Part shown: one piece after another, positions 9,218 through 19,227 of the stretch
Layout: every line of letters begins with the position of its first letter
Position numbering within the stretch: position 1 is the first letter of the stretch
Assembly (NCBI GenBank): GCA_023667095.1
Contig: JAMPAT010000002.1
Coordinates: 47,097 to 111,096, forward strand
Reading direction: 5' to 3'
Source: Bacteroidales bacterium
GTDB lineage: Bacteria > Bacteroidota > Bacteroidia > Bacteroidales > UBA932
DNA: 64,000 bases
Notes under the pieces: model-generated
Seen by the model: only the letters and a program-made list of their open reading frames with translations
Databases searched by the model: none
What the model was told of the DNA's origin: nothing
Made by a program: the position numbers and the translations under genes

Positions 9218-10693
9218 TTAATATAGATTATTCTGTGTGAGTTTATCGTTGATATTGATCAAAGACTGATGAATCGGGAACAGTCCCAGGCACTCGTCAG
9301 TATAGCCCGGATTTATTCCGGACATGATTTCTACCACTTTCCCGCAGCGCACGATATCAAACCATCTTTTTCCCTCCCCGACCTGCTCAATCTGCTTCTG
9401 CTCAAGAATCCAGTCAATCAGCTGGTCACGGTTGACAAACTGCCCTACAGAAGGAATCCTTGACTGCACACCGGCACGTGCAAGGACGGGAGAAATGACA
9501 TTAAGGGCATCCTGCCATTTGTCAAGACGGGCCTTGACCTCAGCTTCCATAAATACGACATCGGTATATCTGTACACCGGATATGCCATCTGGCAGTTGA
9601 GGTACTCGGTATATTTGATGCTGCTGTTGTTGGCAATGAACTTATGTACCTGATAAGTATTTCTGTTGCCACCGGAGATGCATAGGTAATTCTCAAAACG
9701 CCTGTCGGCAGGAATCCCGTCCCTGAGGTCTTCATATATTGCCTGCAGCTTGTCCGACAGCACTACAGTTGAGCCCTGTCCCGGACCACAGCCCAGTACG
9801 CTCCATATCAGGCTATAATTATTCAGGCCAGCCTCTGCTATATTCTGGTGTATGACAAAAACAAGTTCATTTGCGCCTCCGTACTCATCCGTATCCGGAG
9901 TATTGTCAGAAGCCTTGTTGTCAAGATGATTGACAAAAGTATTCTTGAGGACAGCAATATCCTCTTCAAATTTGGTCAATGTATTTGATGCCTTGAATTT
10001 TTCAATAGTCAAATCAGCTCCGTCCCAGTCCTCAAGCCACATCTGGACATCAGCCATGATGGCATATATAGCCTGGCGGCTCAGCCTCTTACGCTCTTTC
10101 TGGGCCGGGTTGACAAGCTCTTCAGCTGTACGGAGATCTTCCAGAATGACTTCTTCCAAAACCTTGCGCATAGGCGAGCGTCCTTTATACTCTGCATTGT
10201 CAAGTGTTTCCACAGGCTCAAGATATACAGGTACATCACCCCACACTCTCACTGCGTAGAAATAGCACAGGGCACGCATAGCATAGGCCTGGGCCAGGTA
10301 ATCATTCTTCAGGGCCACATCCGTAATATCCGCACCGGGTATGTATTTGATGGCAAAGTTACAGTTGCTGATTACCTTATAGAGCAATGTCCAGTCTGTA
10401 GACGGCAGATCTGTCGTCATCTGGTTAAGGATCAAGTTAGAGTATTCACCTGGCAATTCATTGAACATCTTGAAGTTGTCAGAACGCATTTCGCCCCAGC
10501 AGAACCAATTTGTCCTCATTGCAGTACGGAAGGAAGAATAAATTTCCGCAATTCCGGCATTCACATCACGCTGATTCTGCCACATCAGATGTCCCGGGAT
10601 CTCACTGACCGGATCCACATCCAGCCATCCGCATGACGTAAACGACATTGCCATTGAAAAGGCACAGGAGAATGATAATATAAATTTCTTCAT
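9218..10693 (-). CDS. susD: SusD/RagB-family nutrient-binding outer-membrane lipoprotein
   Basis: 491 aa, lipobox FTSC, TPR-like SusD N-terminal region; immediately downstream of SusC (gap 25 nt). Confidence 0.85.
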   Translation of the reverse strand: MKKFILSFSCAFSMAMSFTSCGWLDVDPVSEIPGHLMWQNQRDVNAGIAEIYSSFRTAMRTNWFCWGEMRSDNFKMFNELPGEYSNLILNQMTTDLPSTDWTLLYKVISNCNFAIKYIPGADITDVALKNDYLAQAYAMRALCYFYAVRVWGDVPVYLEPVETLDNAEYKGRSPMRKVLEEVILEDLRTAEELVNPAQKERKRLSRQAIYAIMADVQMWLEDWDGADLTIEKFKASNTLTKFEEDIAVLKNTFVNHLDNKASDNTPDTDEYGGANELVFVIHQNIAEAGLNNYSLIWSVLGCGPGQGSTVVLSDKLQAIYEDLRDGIPADRRFENYLCISGGNRNTYQVHKFIANNSSIKYTEYLNCQMAYPVYRYTDVVFMEAEVKARLDKWQDALNVISPVLARAGVQSRIPSVGQFVNRDQLIDWILEQKQIEQVGEGKRWFDIVRCGKVVEIMSGINPGYTDECLGLFPIHQSLININDKLTQNNLY

Positions 10694-10718
10694 TTGTAGC
10701 TGTCTTTTAGAATATTCA

Positions 10719-13700
10719 CTAAAAATTAAGAGTCAGGCCCAGGCCAAATTCACGGCTGCGCGGAAAACGGTTGGTATCCATTCCTATCTGCAGGGCACTG
10801 TAAGATGAGAATTCCGGGTCATAGCCACTGTAAGCTGTAAAGGTAAACGGATTCTGCACATAGGCATAGATGCCCAATCCTTTCATGTGGATCTTCTTGA
10901 GCACAGTCTGGCGGAACCTGTAGGTAAGCCTGATATTCCTTATCTTGAAATAAGAGCCGTCTTCAATATATTTTGAATTGACACTTCTGTCATTCTGGAA
11001 GCTGTCGCTATAAGGACGGGGATATTCAACATCGTCACCGGGACGCACCCAGAAATTGTCACACCAGCCATATGAAGGAATCGTAGACCAGGCAGCCATT
11101 GAGTTCTTGTCCTGCAGGTAACGTGCATAGTTATAGATCTTGCCGCCAAACGAGAAATATGATGAGGCAGAAAGAATCCATTGCCTGACCCGTATTGTCA
11201 CTGCCAGGCCTCCTGTAAGAAACGGCTGGGCATTGCCCAAGATTCCCCTGTCCTTATCATCAATGACACCGTCGCGGTACTTTGGATTCATTTCTGTCCA
11301 ATTTATATCACCTCCCCGGAAAGGAGTGCCGTTCGGAAGGGTCTTCTGCCTGACTTCACCGTCATATACATGTCCGTCAAGAGTATAGTGAACAAAATTA
11401 CCGTCATCGCCGAATACCGGACTCAGCTGCTCCCAATCAGGAGTAAATGCATTGGACTCATTGTAAGCAAAGACACCGGAATTCAAGTATCCATAGAAAT
11501 CACCCAAAGGACGGCCTTCTGAGATATACCAGTTGTTGCTGTAGATATAAGGCACGCCGCCTGCCAGTCTATTGACGCGGTTCCGGTTGTGTGTTATGTT
11601 GGCATCAACATGGAAGTAGAAATTTTGCTTGTCAACGAAAGTTGCCTTGACTGATGCCTCGACACCACGGTTGGATATGGAGCCGATATTTTTCCTTATT
11701 GTATTGAAGCCCCACTCCTTTGGAATTTCAAAATTAGCCAGCAGATTATCCGTCTGCTTGTCAAAGTAATCAACTGTCACCTGATACCGTCCCCTCTTGA
11801 AGGAAAGGTCAAGTCCGATATTCAGCTGTGCAGTCTGTTCCCAGCCCAGGTCATTGACAGCAATCCTCGAAGGCACTACTCCGGCCACGTTGTCATAGAT
11901 ACCTCCGACTTTGTAAGTAAGCTGAGAATCATAGTCCCCGATTGCCTCATTGCCCGTGACACCGTAGCTGATCCTGAGCTTTGCATCACTTATTGCAAGT
12001 TTTTTCATCCAATTCATCCAGGACTCATCAGACATACGCCATGCGGCTGACGCCGACGGGAAAAAACCAACCTTTTTATTCTTGGCAAAACGCGAAGAGC
12101 CATCCGCACGTATATTGGCAGAAAAGATGTAGCGGGACCTGTAATTATATGAGAATCGGGCAAATGCAGATGCCATCCTGTGGGAAGAGGCAGTTCCTCC
12201 GGTAGCGGTAAGATCAAAGTTGGCCGCAAATGCATTCATTGTATATATTGCATCAGTCGCAGAATCTTTTCCTTTAAAATAATCAAATTCCGACTTCCAG
12301 CTCTGGAGAGAGAAGCCCAGCATGGCCTCGAAATTATGTACATCATTGATTGAACCGGTATAATTGAGATAGTTTTCATTCATCCAGTCATATGTCAGCT
12401 GGCTCTGCTGCTGGCCACTGTTCGTAAGATATTGGTCACTGAGAATGGTAGGACGCATAAAATGATATCTCACGAGCCCGAAGTTGGCATTGAGGTTAGT
12501 GGTCCATTTGAAATTCCTGCTGAAATTCAGATTGACATATTGGAAGACCGATCCTCTGAAATATTCACGGAAATTAGTCTGCAGCCCTGCTGCGAGAGGA
12601 CTGTTTCCCCATAGGGTTCCTATGATGCTGCCGTCCGGATAATACATGGACAGTGTAGGTTTACGGGAAAGTACGGTATTCAGATATCCAGCTTCGTCAA
12701 CACCGTTTTTCTTGGCATAGCTAAGATTCACACGGGTTCCGACAGACAATAATTCAGAAGCTTTGTAATCAGCGTTGACACGCAGCGACACACGGTTGAA
12801 TGAAGTATTGTCTATGATTCCCTGTTCACCCAGATAACCTCCCATGAGCATATATTTAAGTTTCCGGCTACCGCCTCCGAAACTTATGTCAACCTGGTCC
12901 TTGTTGGCAATGCGATATGCAATATCCTGATAATCATTGTCACTGTTAAGCAAGATATTGTATGGATCGTCAATCTGGGAATGAAGAATATTTATCACTG
13001 CCTGGGAGACATAGCCGGCCCCTTCATTCTCGGCATACTCCATATACTGTCTCTGCATCTGGCGATATTGTCCGGCATTGATCTGAGGCAGCTTATGAGT
13101 CAGACTCGTAAACGAATGCTGATAACGGACTTCCAGCACAGGATTGTCTTCATCTCCTTTCTTGGTGGTTACGATGATCACACCATTGGCGGAGCGTGCT
13201 CCGTAAATAGCAGCAGATGCAGCATCTTTAAGGACCTCAATAGATTCAATGTCATAAGGATTGATTTGGTCAATATCATTGCATGGCACACCGTCAACAA
13301 CCCACAGAGGTCCTATGCCATCGTCATTCATTGTAGATGTGCCGCGGATCACGACTGAAGCCCCTTCACCAGGCTGTCCTGAACCGGAAGTAATCTGTAC
13401 ACCTGCTGCCGTCCCCTGGAGTGCATCAAAGATGTTTGTCGGCATCTTCTGCTCAATTTCATCCTTATGCACAGATACTATTGATCCTGTGATGTCCCTT
13501 TTACGGGAAGTACCGTAACCCACTACAACAATTTCATCCAGATTACTGTAGGCATCCTCCATCTCGACATCAATTATGCCTCCCAAACCGACAATTCTGT
13601 CGACATCCTTAAATCCGAGGAATTTGAATTGAAGGATATCCTGGGGACCGGTCACCTCAATTTCATATTTGCCTTCATTGTCCGTAACTGTACCCTTGCC

Positions 13701-13895
13701 AGTCTTGGCATTAGTTACAGTTGCACCGGCAAGAGGGCCAGGCATAGGCTCTCCGGCAGAGACAGTGCCTTTCACGACCTGTGCAGCACCTGTTTTGGTC
13801 TGGGCACTCAACATCCGTGAGGAGAAGATACCTGCACAGGCAAATATCATCAGGACTGTCAGATGTGTCCAGAATTCAGCTCTTGATTTTTTCAT
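10719..13895 (-). CDS. susC: SusC/RagA-family TonB-dependent transporter
   Basis: 1058 aa; carboxypeptidase-regulatory-like N-terminal domain; plug-domain motifs (IVVVGYGTSRKRDITGS, GVIIVTTKKG); C-terminal aromatic residue. Confidence 0.9.
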   Translation of the reverse strand: MKKSRAEFWTHLTVLMIFACAGIFSSRMLSAQTKTGAAQVVKGTVSAGEPMPGPLAGATVTNAKTGKGTVTDNEGKYEIEVTGPQDILQFKFLGFKDVDRIVGLGGIIDVEMEDAYSNLDEIVVVGYGTSRKRDITGSIVSVHKDEIEQKMPTNIFDALQGTAAGVQITSGSGQPGEGASVVIRGTSTMNDDGIGPLWVVDGVPCNDIDQINPYDIESIEVLKDAASAAIYGARSANGVIIVTTKKGDEDNPVLEVRYQHSFTSLTHKLPQINAGQYRQMQRQYMEYAENEGAGYVSQAVINILHSQIDDPYNILLNSDNDYQDIAYRIANKDQVDISFGGGSRKLKYMLMGGYLGEQGIIDNTSFNRVSLRVNADYKASELLSVGTRVNLSYAKKNGVDEAGYLNTVLSRKPTLSMYYPDGSIIGTLWGNSPLAAGLQTNFREYFRGSVFQYVNLNFSRNFKWTTNLNANFGLVRYHFMRPTILSDQYLTNSGQQQSQLTYDWMNENYLNYTGSINDVHNFEAMLGFSLQSWKSEFDYFKGKDSATDAIYTMNAFAANFDLTATGGTASSHRMASAFARFSYNYRSRYIFSANIRADGSSRFAKNKKVGFFPSASAAWRMSDESWMNWMKKLAISDAKLRISYGVTGNEAIGDYDSQLTYKVGGIYDNVAGVVPSRIAVNDLGWEQTAQLNIGLDLSFKRGRYQVTVDYFDKQTDNLLANFEIPKEWGFNTIRKNIGSISNRGVEASVKATFVDKQNFYFHVDANITHNRNRVNRLAGGVPYIYSNNWYISEGRPLGDFYGYLNSGVFAYNESNAFTPDWEQLSPVFGDDGNFVHYTLDGHVYDGEVRQKTLPNGTPFRGGDINWTEMNPKYRDGVIDDKDRGILGNAQPFLTGGLAVTIRVRQWILSASSYFSFGGKIYNYARYLQDKNSMAAWSTIPSYGWCDNFWVRPGDDVEYPRPYSDSFQNDRSVNSKYIEDGSYFKIRNIRLTYRFRQTVLKKIHMKGLGIYAYVQNPFTFTAYSGYDPEFSSYSALQIGMDTNRFPRSREFGLGLTLNF

Positions 13896-13979
13896 AAAAG
13901 CGTTAATAATTGCGGTTAATGATTTAATTTACACCACAAATTTAACGCAGCTGCATTACCGGGGATATTAATGGGAGTG

Positions 13980-16538
13980 TTAATGCTGGCGATTTTTAAT
14001 GAAATCGCTGAAATTCTCATCAAATTTTTCTCCCATCATCCGGCAATAGTTATCAGCAAAAGCATCAAAGACTTTTTTGGCACTGCCGATTCTGTTGAGG
14101 AAGACCAATGCCTGGCACTTCAACTTTACAGCATCCTCATCAAGTGCATCAAAGACAAGGATGGCATCAGCCAGGGAAACGGAAAAAAGTGCAGAAGCAT
14201 CATCATCTATTTCTTTGCACAGCGCTCTCAGATTTTCAAGCATTCTATTCTCATATTTGGCTTTATATGCATCCAGCCACTCATGGCGCATATCAGGAAG
14301 AAGCTGGCCCAAGGCGGCAATCTGCAAAAGATGCCCGGAATGACAGACACCGGAAGAAAGCAGAGAATTTACCCGCAGATAATCCGATATTCCCGAATTG
14401 TCCTCCACTTTCCAATAACCGTTCTTGGATATAATCTGGAAAGCATCTGCAAAAGGTGCCAATTGTGCACGTATCTTGGTCAATGTGACACCACGGTTGT
14501 TATTATAGCTGTTGTCAGATTTATCGAACCACAGGATCTCCTTAAGCTGATTGCTGGATATGCCTTCCGGCTTTACTGAATTCAGTACAAGCAGACACAA
14601 AAGCTGCCGCATCAAAGGCGAGAAGGATGATGTAATGTCTTCACCGGCAACAGAGACAACCTTGAAGCCTCCCAAAAAATATATACCTGGAGCAGGAGGC
14701 TCTGACAACGGTTCGGTATGGACGGCTGCAGAGAAATCCCGGCCGGGAACTTCCTGACCTGAGAGTTCCGGAGCGGAATGTGGAGGGTCCGGAACTGCCG
14801 CATCCGTATTTTCACCGGATTCACGGCGCATCCGCATGCGTTTCAATCCATATACTGCACCAATGGCGGCAATGCCAAGCAAGAACATTGCTGCCACTAT
14901 GGCATACAGGACAGAAATATACTCTGCCGGACTATTTTCTGCGGAGACTATCGGGCTTACAATACTATAGACAGCCACCTCAAACTGTCCTTCATCGTTT
15001 TTATGTGAGACCAAGGCCAAATAGGACCCGTTCTGGGCACAGTATACTAACCTGGCCTCTGACTGGATATCCAGAAAGTTATATGGAATCGGCTCACACA
15101 GGGCAACTGAAGTACCGTCGGACAAATTAAATCTATAGAGCTGGAGATGCGTATTGTATTCATTCGGATTATAGAGCAAAGCAAGGAAAGAATCCGAATC
15201 CTGCTCAAAGACAAGGTCCGAAGCCGCCACAAAGGCATAGTCCGGCTTTTCTGCCCATACTTTTACTGTTTCCAGAGAAGCCTTGTCTACAGCAAACAAA
15301 TCACCGAAAAGACGGGAGCCCAATTCCTGGGCACCGGAATTGTTACCCTTGCCTCCAAATACATATATCTTATTGTCTTTTTGTCCGGCGGCAGCCAAAT
15401 ATCTTGGCGGAATAAGATCCAGGTTTTTCTTTATCACCTCTCCGGTAGCGGGATTCCAGATCTGAAGTTCATTGGAATAGCGGTGATAGCCATATCCAAA
15501 CAAGCTGAAATATCTGTCTGCTGAGCTATCATGGACAATATTTGTATGCAAATATATGGAATGGCCTTTCCTGTCATTATCCTGCACCCAGTCTTTCATA
15601 CCGTAATCAAAACGTATAATCCGAGGTAAATCTCTGTCCAGATATGCGAGAGAGCCATCCTTGAGAATGACAAAATCATTGGTAACCAAGTCTGTCCGGA
15701 TATTATGGCCGGTAGTCCACAATGACGCAGCCTTCCTTTTGACATCGTATTGGCACACTTGTCCTGATGAAATAAAATATGCCAATGCCCGTTCTGCATC
15801 ATAGCAGATAAATGAATTAGACGGTACAACAGCAGACCACATTTTATTCCACCTGGTATTCAGTTCATTGCGCCACAATGGATTATAAACAGAATACGTA
15901 AGTCTGTCAAGACAGTCCAAATCCCTTGCCCCATGAAGGGAAGAAGCATATTTGCGCCTGTCTGTCCTTATCTCCAAATCCCTTATTGTCATAGAAGCCA
16001 CATCGGTAGTCGCAAAATATCCGATATTGTTCTGTCCGAAACACAATGTGGCCTTTGACTTCCTTTTTCTATCAACAACAGGAAGCGAGGCTACAAGAGC
16101 TGAATTTACATGGGCTACAAGGCTGTCGGCCTTCCTTTCAATATGAATGCTTATATCCTGCCAACTGTCATCCAAAGGAAAATAAATCAGATTCACATGG
16201 TCACCGGTTGCACACAGATTAGGGACACCGTCATTTGAAGTATATTGAACGAGATCTATAGATTGGCTGTCATTCAGAATAATCCTGCATATGTATCCGA
16301 ACTTGCTGACATCCGTGTCTACATTCAAGGAAAAATCAATGCACAGAGAGTCCGAAAAAGATATTTTACTCTTTCCGGCTGCCGGAATCTGTAAAGAAGT
16401 CCTCTTGGAAGGCGTAAGTTCATAGGAATGAAACATCAGGCCATCTACGGCCTCTGCCTTCAACAGATAAGGATCTGAAATTGATATTACTCCCAAGAAA
16501 AAAATTGCAGCAAAACTATAATATACTCTTAACCACAT
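13980..16538 (-). CDS. membrane-spanning one-component regulator: N-terminal extracytoplasmic sensor region, internal TM helix, C-terminal OmpR/SARP-type winged-helix domain plus helical (BTAD-like) domain
   Basis: 852 aa. N-terminal hydrophobic anchor; about 530 aa predicted periplasmic with Kelch/propeller-like stretches; TM segment YISVLYAIVAAMFLLGIAAIGAVYGL; C-terminal FLGGFKV...GISSNQLKEILW...RGVTLTKIRAQL resembles a Trans_reg_C/SARP winged helix followed by a helical domain. Sits directly upstream of susC on the same strand. Confidence 0.6.
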   Translation of the reverse strand: MWLRVYYSFAAIFFLGVISISDPYLLKAEAVDGLMFHSYELTPSKRTSLQIPAAGKSKISFSDSLCIDFSLNVDTDVSKFGYICRIILNDSQSIDLVQYTSNDGVPNLCATGDHVNLIYFPLDDSWQDISIHIERKADSLVAHVNSALVASLPVVDRKRKSKATLCFGQNNIGYFATTDVASMTIRDLEIRTDRRKYASSLHGARDLDCLDRLTYSVYNPLWRNELNTRWNKMWSAVVPSNSFICYDAERALAYFISSGQVCQYDVKRKAASLWTTGHNIRTDLVTNDFVILKDGSLAYLDRDLPRIIRFDYGMKDWVQDNDRKGHSIYLHTNIVHDSSADRYFSLFGYGYHRYSNELQIWNPATGEVIKKNLDLIPPRYLAAAGQKDNKIYVFGGKGNNSGAQELGSRLFGDLFAVDKASLETVKVWAEKPDYAFVAASDLVFEQDSDSFLALLYNPNEYNTHLQLYRFNLSDGTSVALCEPIPYNFLDIQSEARLVYCAQNGSYLALVSHKNDEGQFEVAVYSIVSPIVSAENSPAEYISVLYAIVAAMFLLGIAAIGAVYGLKRMRMRRESGENTDAAVPDPPHSAPELSGQEVPGRDFSAAVHTEPLSEPPAPGIYFLGGFKVVSVAGEDITSSFSPLMRQLLCLLVLNSVKPEGISSNQLKEILWFDKSDNSYNNNRGVTLTKIRAQLAPFADAFQIISKNGYWKVEDNSGISDYLRVNSLLSSGVCHSGHLLQIAALGQLLPDMRHEWLDAYKAKYENRMLENLRALCKEIDDDASALFSVSLADAILVFDALDEDAVKLKCQALVFLNRIGSAKKVFDAFADNYCRMMGEKFDENFSDFIKNRQH

Positions 16539-17072
16539 TAATCAGCATTTCTTATCATAATTCAAAAGTAAAGGTAAACAAAAAATCATAACAAAATGCA
16601 ATGTCCGGAAAATTAATTGTATTTGTACAGCCAGGCAACTGTAGCGGTTTCAAGTCCAGCCTCTCCATACCGGCATTAAACCCCAGCCAAAATATTGCCT
16701 CAAACGTGCTCAAATACAGAGAGCCATAAGACTTTGCCACAAATACCCATCAAAACGGGGCTGACAGAAGAAAGTGCCATGCCTCAGGCACAAATATGGG
16801 TTCAAAAGCCGAACCGTTCAACCGCCGCAAAATGTAACCATTTATCTGAGTGCGACTTACGCAAACACGGGTATACCTATTTGAGCACCCTTGTTCACAT
16901 AAAACGTTAATCCACTGCAAATTACATTTTGCAATCACTCCTGGTTCTCCAGCCAATAGCGCAACAAAAGCATCACCCGGCCATAAAAGCAGCCTTAGAA
17001 GGCTATCAACGCTTTATATTTCGCATTATTCTCAATTCATGCGTTCCGCCACTCTCCCGATAAATTGCCGTT

Positions 17073-18368
17073 TCACCTTTCAAAATATGTAGAAACAGCA
17101 TATAGCGGAACATTTGTCATCCAGTCCTGTTCACGGTAGTCAGACATGGAAAATCGCAGTCCATGCATTCCTGGATGAGAGGCCACAAAGACAGAGAGAG
17201 ACTTTGCCCGCAAATTTTCTTCTGCCTTGCACTCTATTGGAACAACATCATTGCCATTCTGAATCAAGAAATCAATCTCAAGCTTGGCATCATTGCTATA
17301 GTAAAACACCGAAGAATGATGTGCAGCCACTATCTGGCTCATTACATAATTCTCTGTAAATGCACCTTTAGATTCCTCCATTCCATTGTCTGCGACCAAT
17401 AAATTTTCAGGAGGGGTTTCACTCATGGCACCAAACAAGCCGCAATCAAGCAGAAATAATTTGAATGACGAGATGTCAGCATAGAATTTCAAAGGCATCT
17501 TTGGCTGCTGCACCCTCTCGGCCTTATAGACCAGCCCTGCATCCAAAAGCCATTGTATGGCAACCTCAAAATCTTTCGCCCGTCCTCCAGGCCTTGCCAC
17601 CCCATAAATGAATTTCTTGTTTTCCTTGACAAGCTGTGAAGGCATGGAACGCCAGACCATATTTATTCTGTTGGCTTCATACACAGGCACATGCTTTGAA
17701 ATGTCCTTCTGATAAGCCATAAGAATAGTATTCTGGACATACCTGACATTAAGGGCATCATTGGTCTCAATAAATTCCTTTACAGCCTCGGGCATTCCTC
17801 CTACAAAATAATATTCACGAAGTGCCTTTATATATTCGCTTTTAAGCAACCGCACAGTATTCCAGTCCTTGGCACGCAACAAATCCACCATCTGTCTTTT
17901 GCCTTTAGCCAACAGGAATTCATCAAATGTCATAGGATAAACAGGTATGACATCAACTTTACCCACAGGAAAAGACTCATCTTTATGCATTGAAATTCCA
18001 AGAAGCGAACCTGCCACTGCCACATGGTACTGAGGAGCATTCTCGTAAAAATATTTTAGTACGGACAGCCCTCTCGGAGCTTCCTGAATTTCATCAAGCA
18101 CAATCAAAGTCTTACCGGCCTCAATACTCTGACCGGTAATAGCGCCTATTGCCAACAAAATCCTCTGTATATCATAGTCCTGTGCAAAAAGGTTCCTGAC
18201 CAATTCATTGTCATCACAACTTATATATGCAATATTTTCGAAGTCATGCTCACCAAACTCTTTCAATATATATGTTTTACCGACCTGACGGGCACCAGTA
18301 AGGACAAGAGGCTTCCGGTTCTTCTTGACCTTCCATAATCTGAGTTCTTCAATAACATTTCTATACAT
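17073..18368 (-). CDS. AAA+ ATPase, AAA_14/DUF4143 family
   Basis: Walker A GARQVGKT, Walker B LIVLDE; 431 aa; typical of this ATPase family, which is widespread in Bacteroidales. Confidence 0.8.
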   Translation of the reverse strand: MYRNVIEELRLWKVKKNRKPLVLTGARQVGKTYILKEFGEHDFENIAYISCDDNELVRNLFAQDYDIQRILLAIGAITGQSIEAGKTLIVLDEIQEAPRGLSVLKYFYENAPQYHVAVAGSLLGISMHKDESFPVGKVDVIPVYPMTFDEFLLAKGKRQMVDLLRAKDWNTVRLLKSEYIKALREYYFVGGMPEAVKEFIETNDALNVRYVQNTILMAYQKDISKHVPVYEANRINMVWRSMPSQLVKENKKFIYGVARPGGRAKDFEVAIQWLLDAGLVYKAERVQQPKMPLKFYADISSFKLFLLDCGLFGAMSETPPENLLVADNGMEESKGAFTENYVMSQIVAAHHSSVFYYSNDAKLEIDFLIQNGNDVVPIECKAEENLRAKSLSVFVASHPGMHGLRFSMSDYREQDWMTNVPLYAVSTYFER

Positions 18369-18403
18369 GGCAATGAGACAAATTACTGTTACAGTGCAAA
18401 TTT

Positions 18404-18487
18404 ACATTTTTCCGACCGAACTTTCACCATTTAATTACATTTTTCCTACCGAATTTTTAATATAACACAACATTTTTCCTACCGAAC
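18404..18487. repeat. three 18-bp direct repeats ACATTTTTCC(G/T)ACCGAA(C/T) with exact 33-bp phasing, immediately upstream of the AAA+ ATPase start
   Basis: Copies at 18404-18421, 18437-18454 and 18470-18487, read directly from the sequence. Confidence 0.7.
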
Positions 18488-18680
18488 TCCTTTGGAGAAC
18501 TGCCTTTCACTATTTTCTTGAAACCTTTGAAAGCCGGATGACAACAATAGGCATCTCCGCTAAAGAACTCTCTGTTCTACCCGATTTGGCTTCTCCCGTC
18601 AGGACCTTTCAGTTTTCCTGAGCCAAGAAACGGAGTTGCTTCAAATCAATTCTTCCACAGATATTGGCAAGTCATTCCCT

Positions 18681-18810
18681 CAGCCACAAAAACAGTCCCA
18701 AACGTGGCCGGAAACAAAAATCCAAACAACTCAGCCACAAATAAGCCCCAAAACGTGGCTGATAACCAGACAAATCGGCCCTTAGCTACCAAAACAGCTT
18801 CAAACGTGGC
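18681..18810. repeat. three roughly 30-bp imperfect direct repeats, each an inverted repeat GCCAC-N16-GTGGC (hairpin-forming), period about 52 bp
   Basis: cagccacaaaaacagtcccaaacgtggc (18681-18708), cagccacaaataagccccaaaacgtggctg (18733-18761), agctaccaaaacagcttcaaacgtggc (18784-18810). Confidence 0.6.
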
Positions 18811-19002
18811 CAACTCCAGAAAGCCACAAAAAGTCAGGCACAAGCTTTTGGAGAAAATTCAAGTCACACGGATCATCAATGAACAGATACCAACAGGCGA
18901 ACTAACCAGCAGAAATCCGGCAGTTGAGTCTTCTCAATTAATCCAGCAAAGTATATGCAAATATCCCGATGCCATGAAAACACAGATCCTGGGAAATGAG
19001 TG

Positions 19003-19109
19003 CAGGTTGGTGCGTTCCCCTACCAACCTGGCACAGTCACCGGCCTCTCAACACATATAATGCAGGTCAGCGGGGCAGGTTGGTCATCATTACTACCAAC
19101 CTGCCCCGC
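19003..19109. repeat. two related stem-loops sharing the arm CAGGTTGGT/ACCAACCTG; the second has a perfect 15-bp stem
   Basis: 19003-19030: caggttggt-gcgttcccct-accaacctg. 19070-19109: gcggggcaggttggt-catcattact-accaacctgccccgc. No downstream T-tract on either strand. Confidence 0.6.
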
Positions 19110-19227
19110 CGTGGCTCACAAAGACTGCAGAAAATCCGGTGGAAAAGTATATTGGACAACCACCTCCATCTCAACATCGTTTCAAACAATATGTCCAGGA
19201 ATCCGCCATTGTATCCAGAAATCGCCA

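Noticed and set aside
18404-18487. Possible CRISPR array
   Set aside because: Only three 18-bp repeats with 15-bp 'spacers', no cas genes, and no repeat-length or spacing consistent with CRISPR.
18704-19060. 118-aa + ORF (MAGNKNPNNSATNKPQNV...) and its 65-aa antisense twin
   Set aside because: Asn/Lys/Pro/Gln low-complexity translation generated by the A-rich repeats. No start context or signal; more likely non-coding.
18369-19227. Mobile element insertion
   Set aside because: No integrase or transposase and no terminal inverted repeats bounding the block. Kept only as a repeat and ncRNA candidate.
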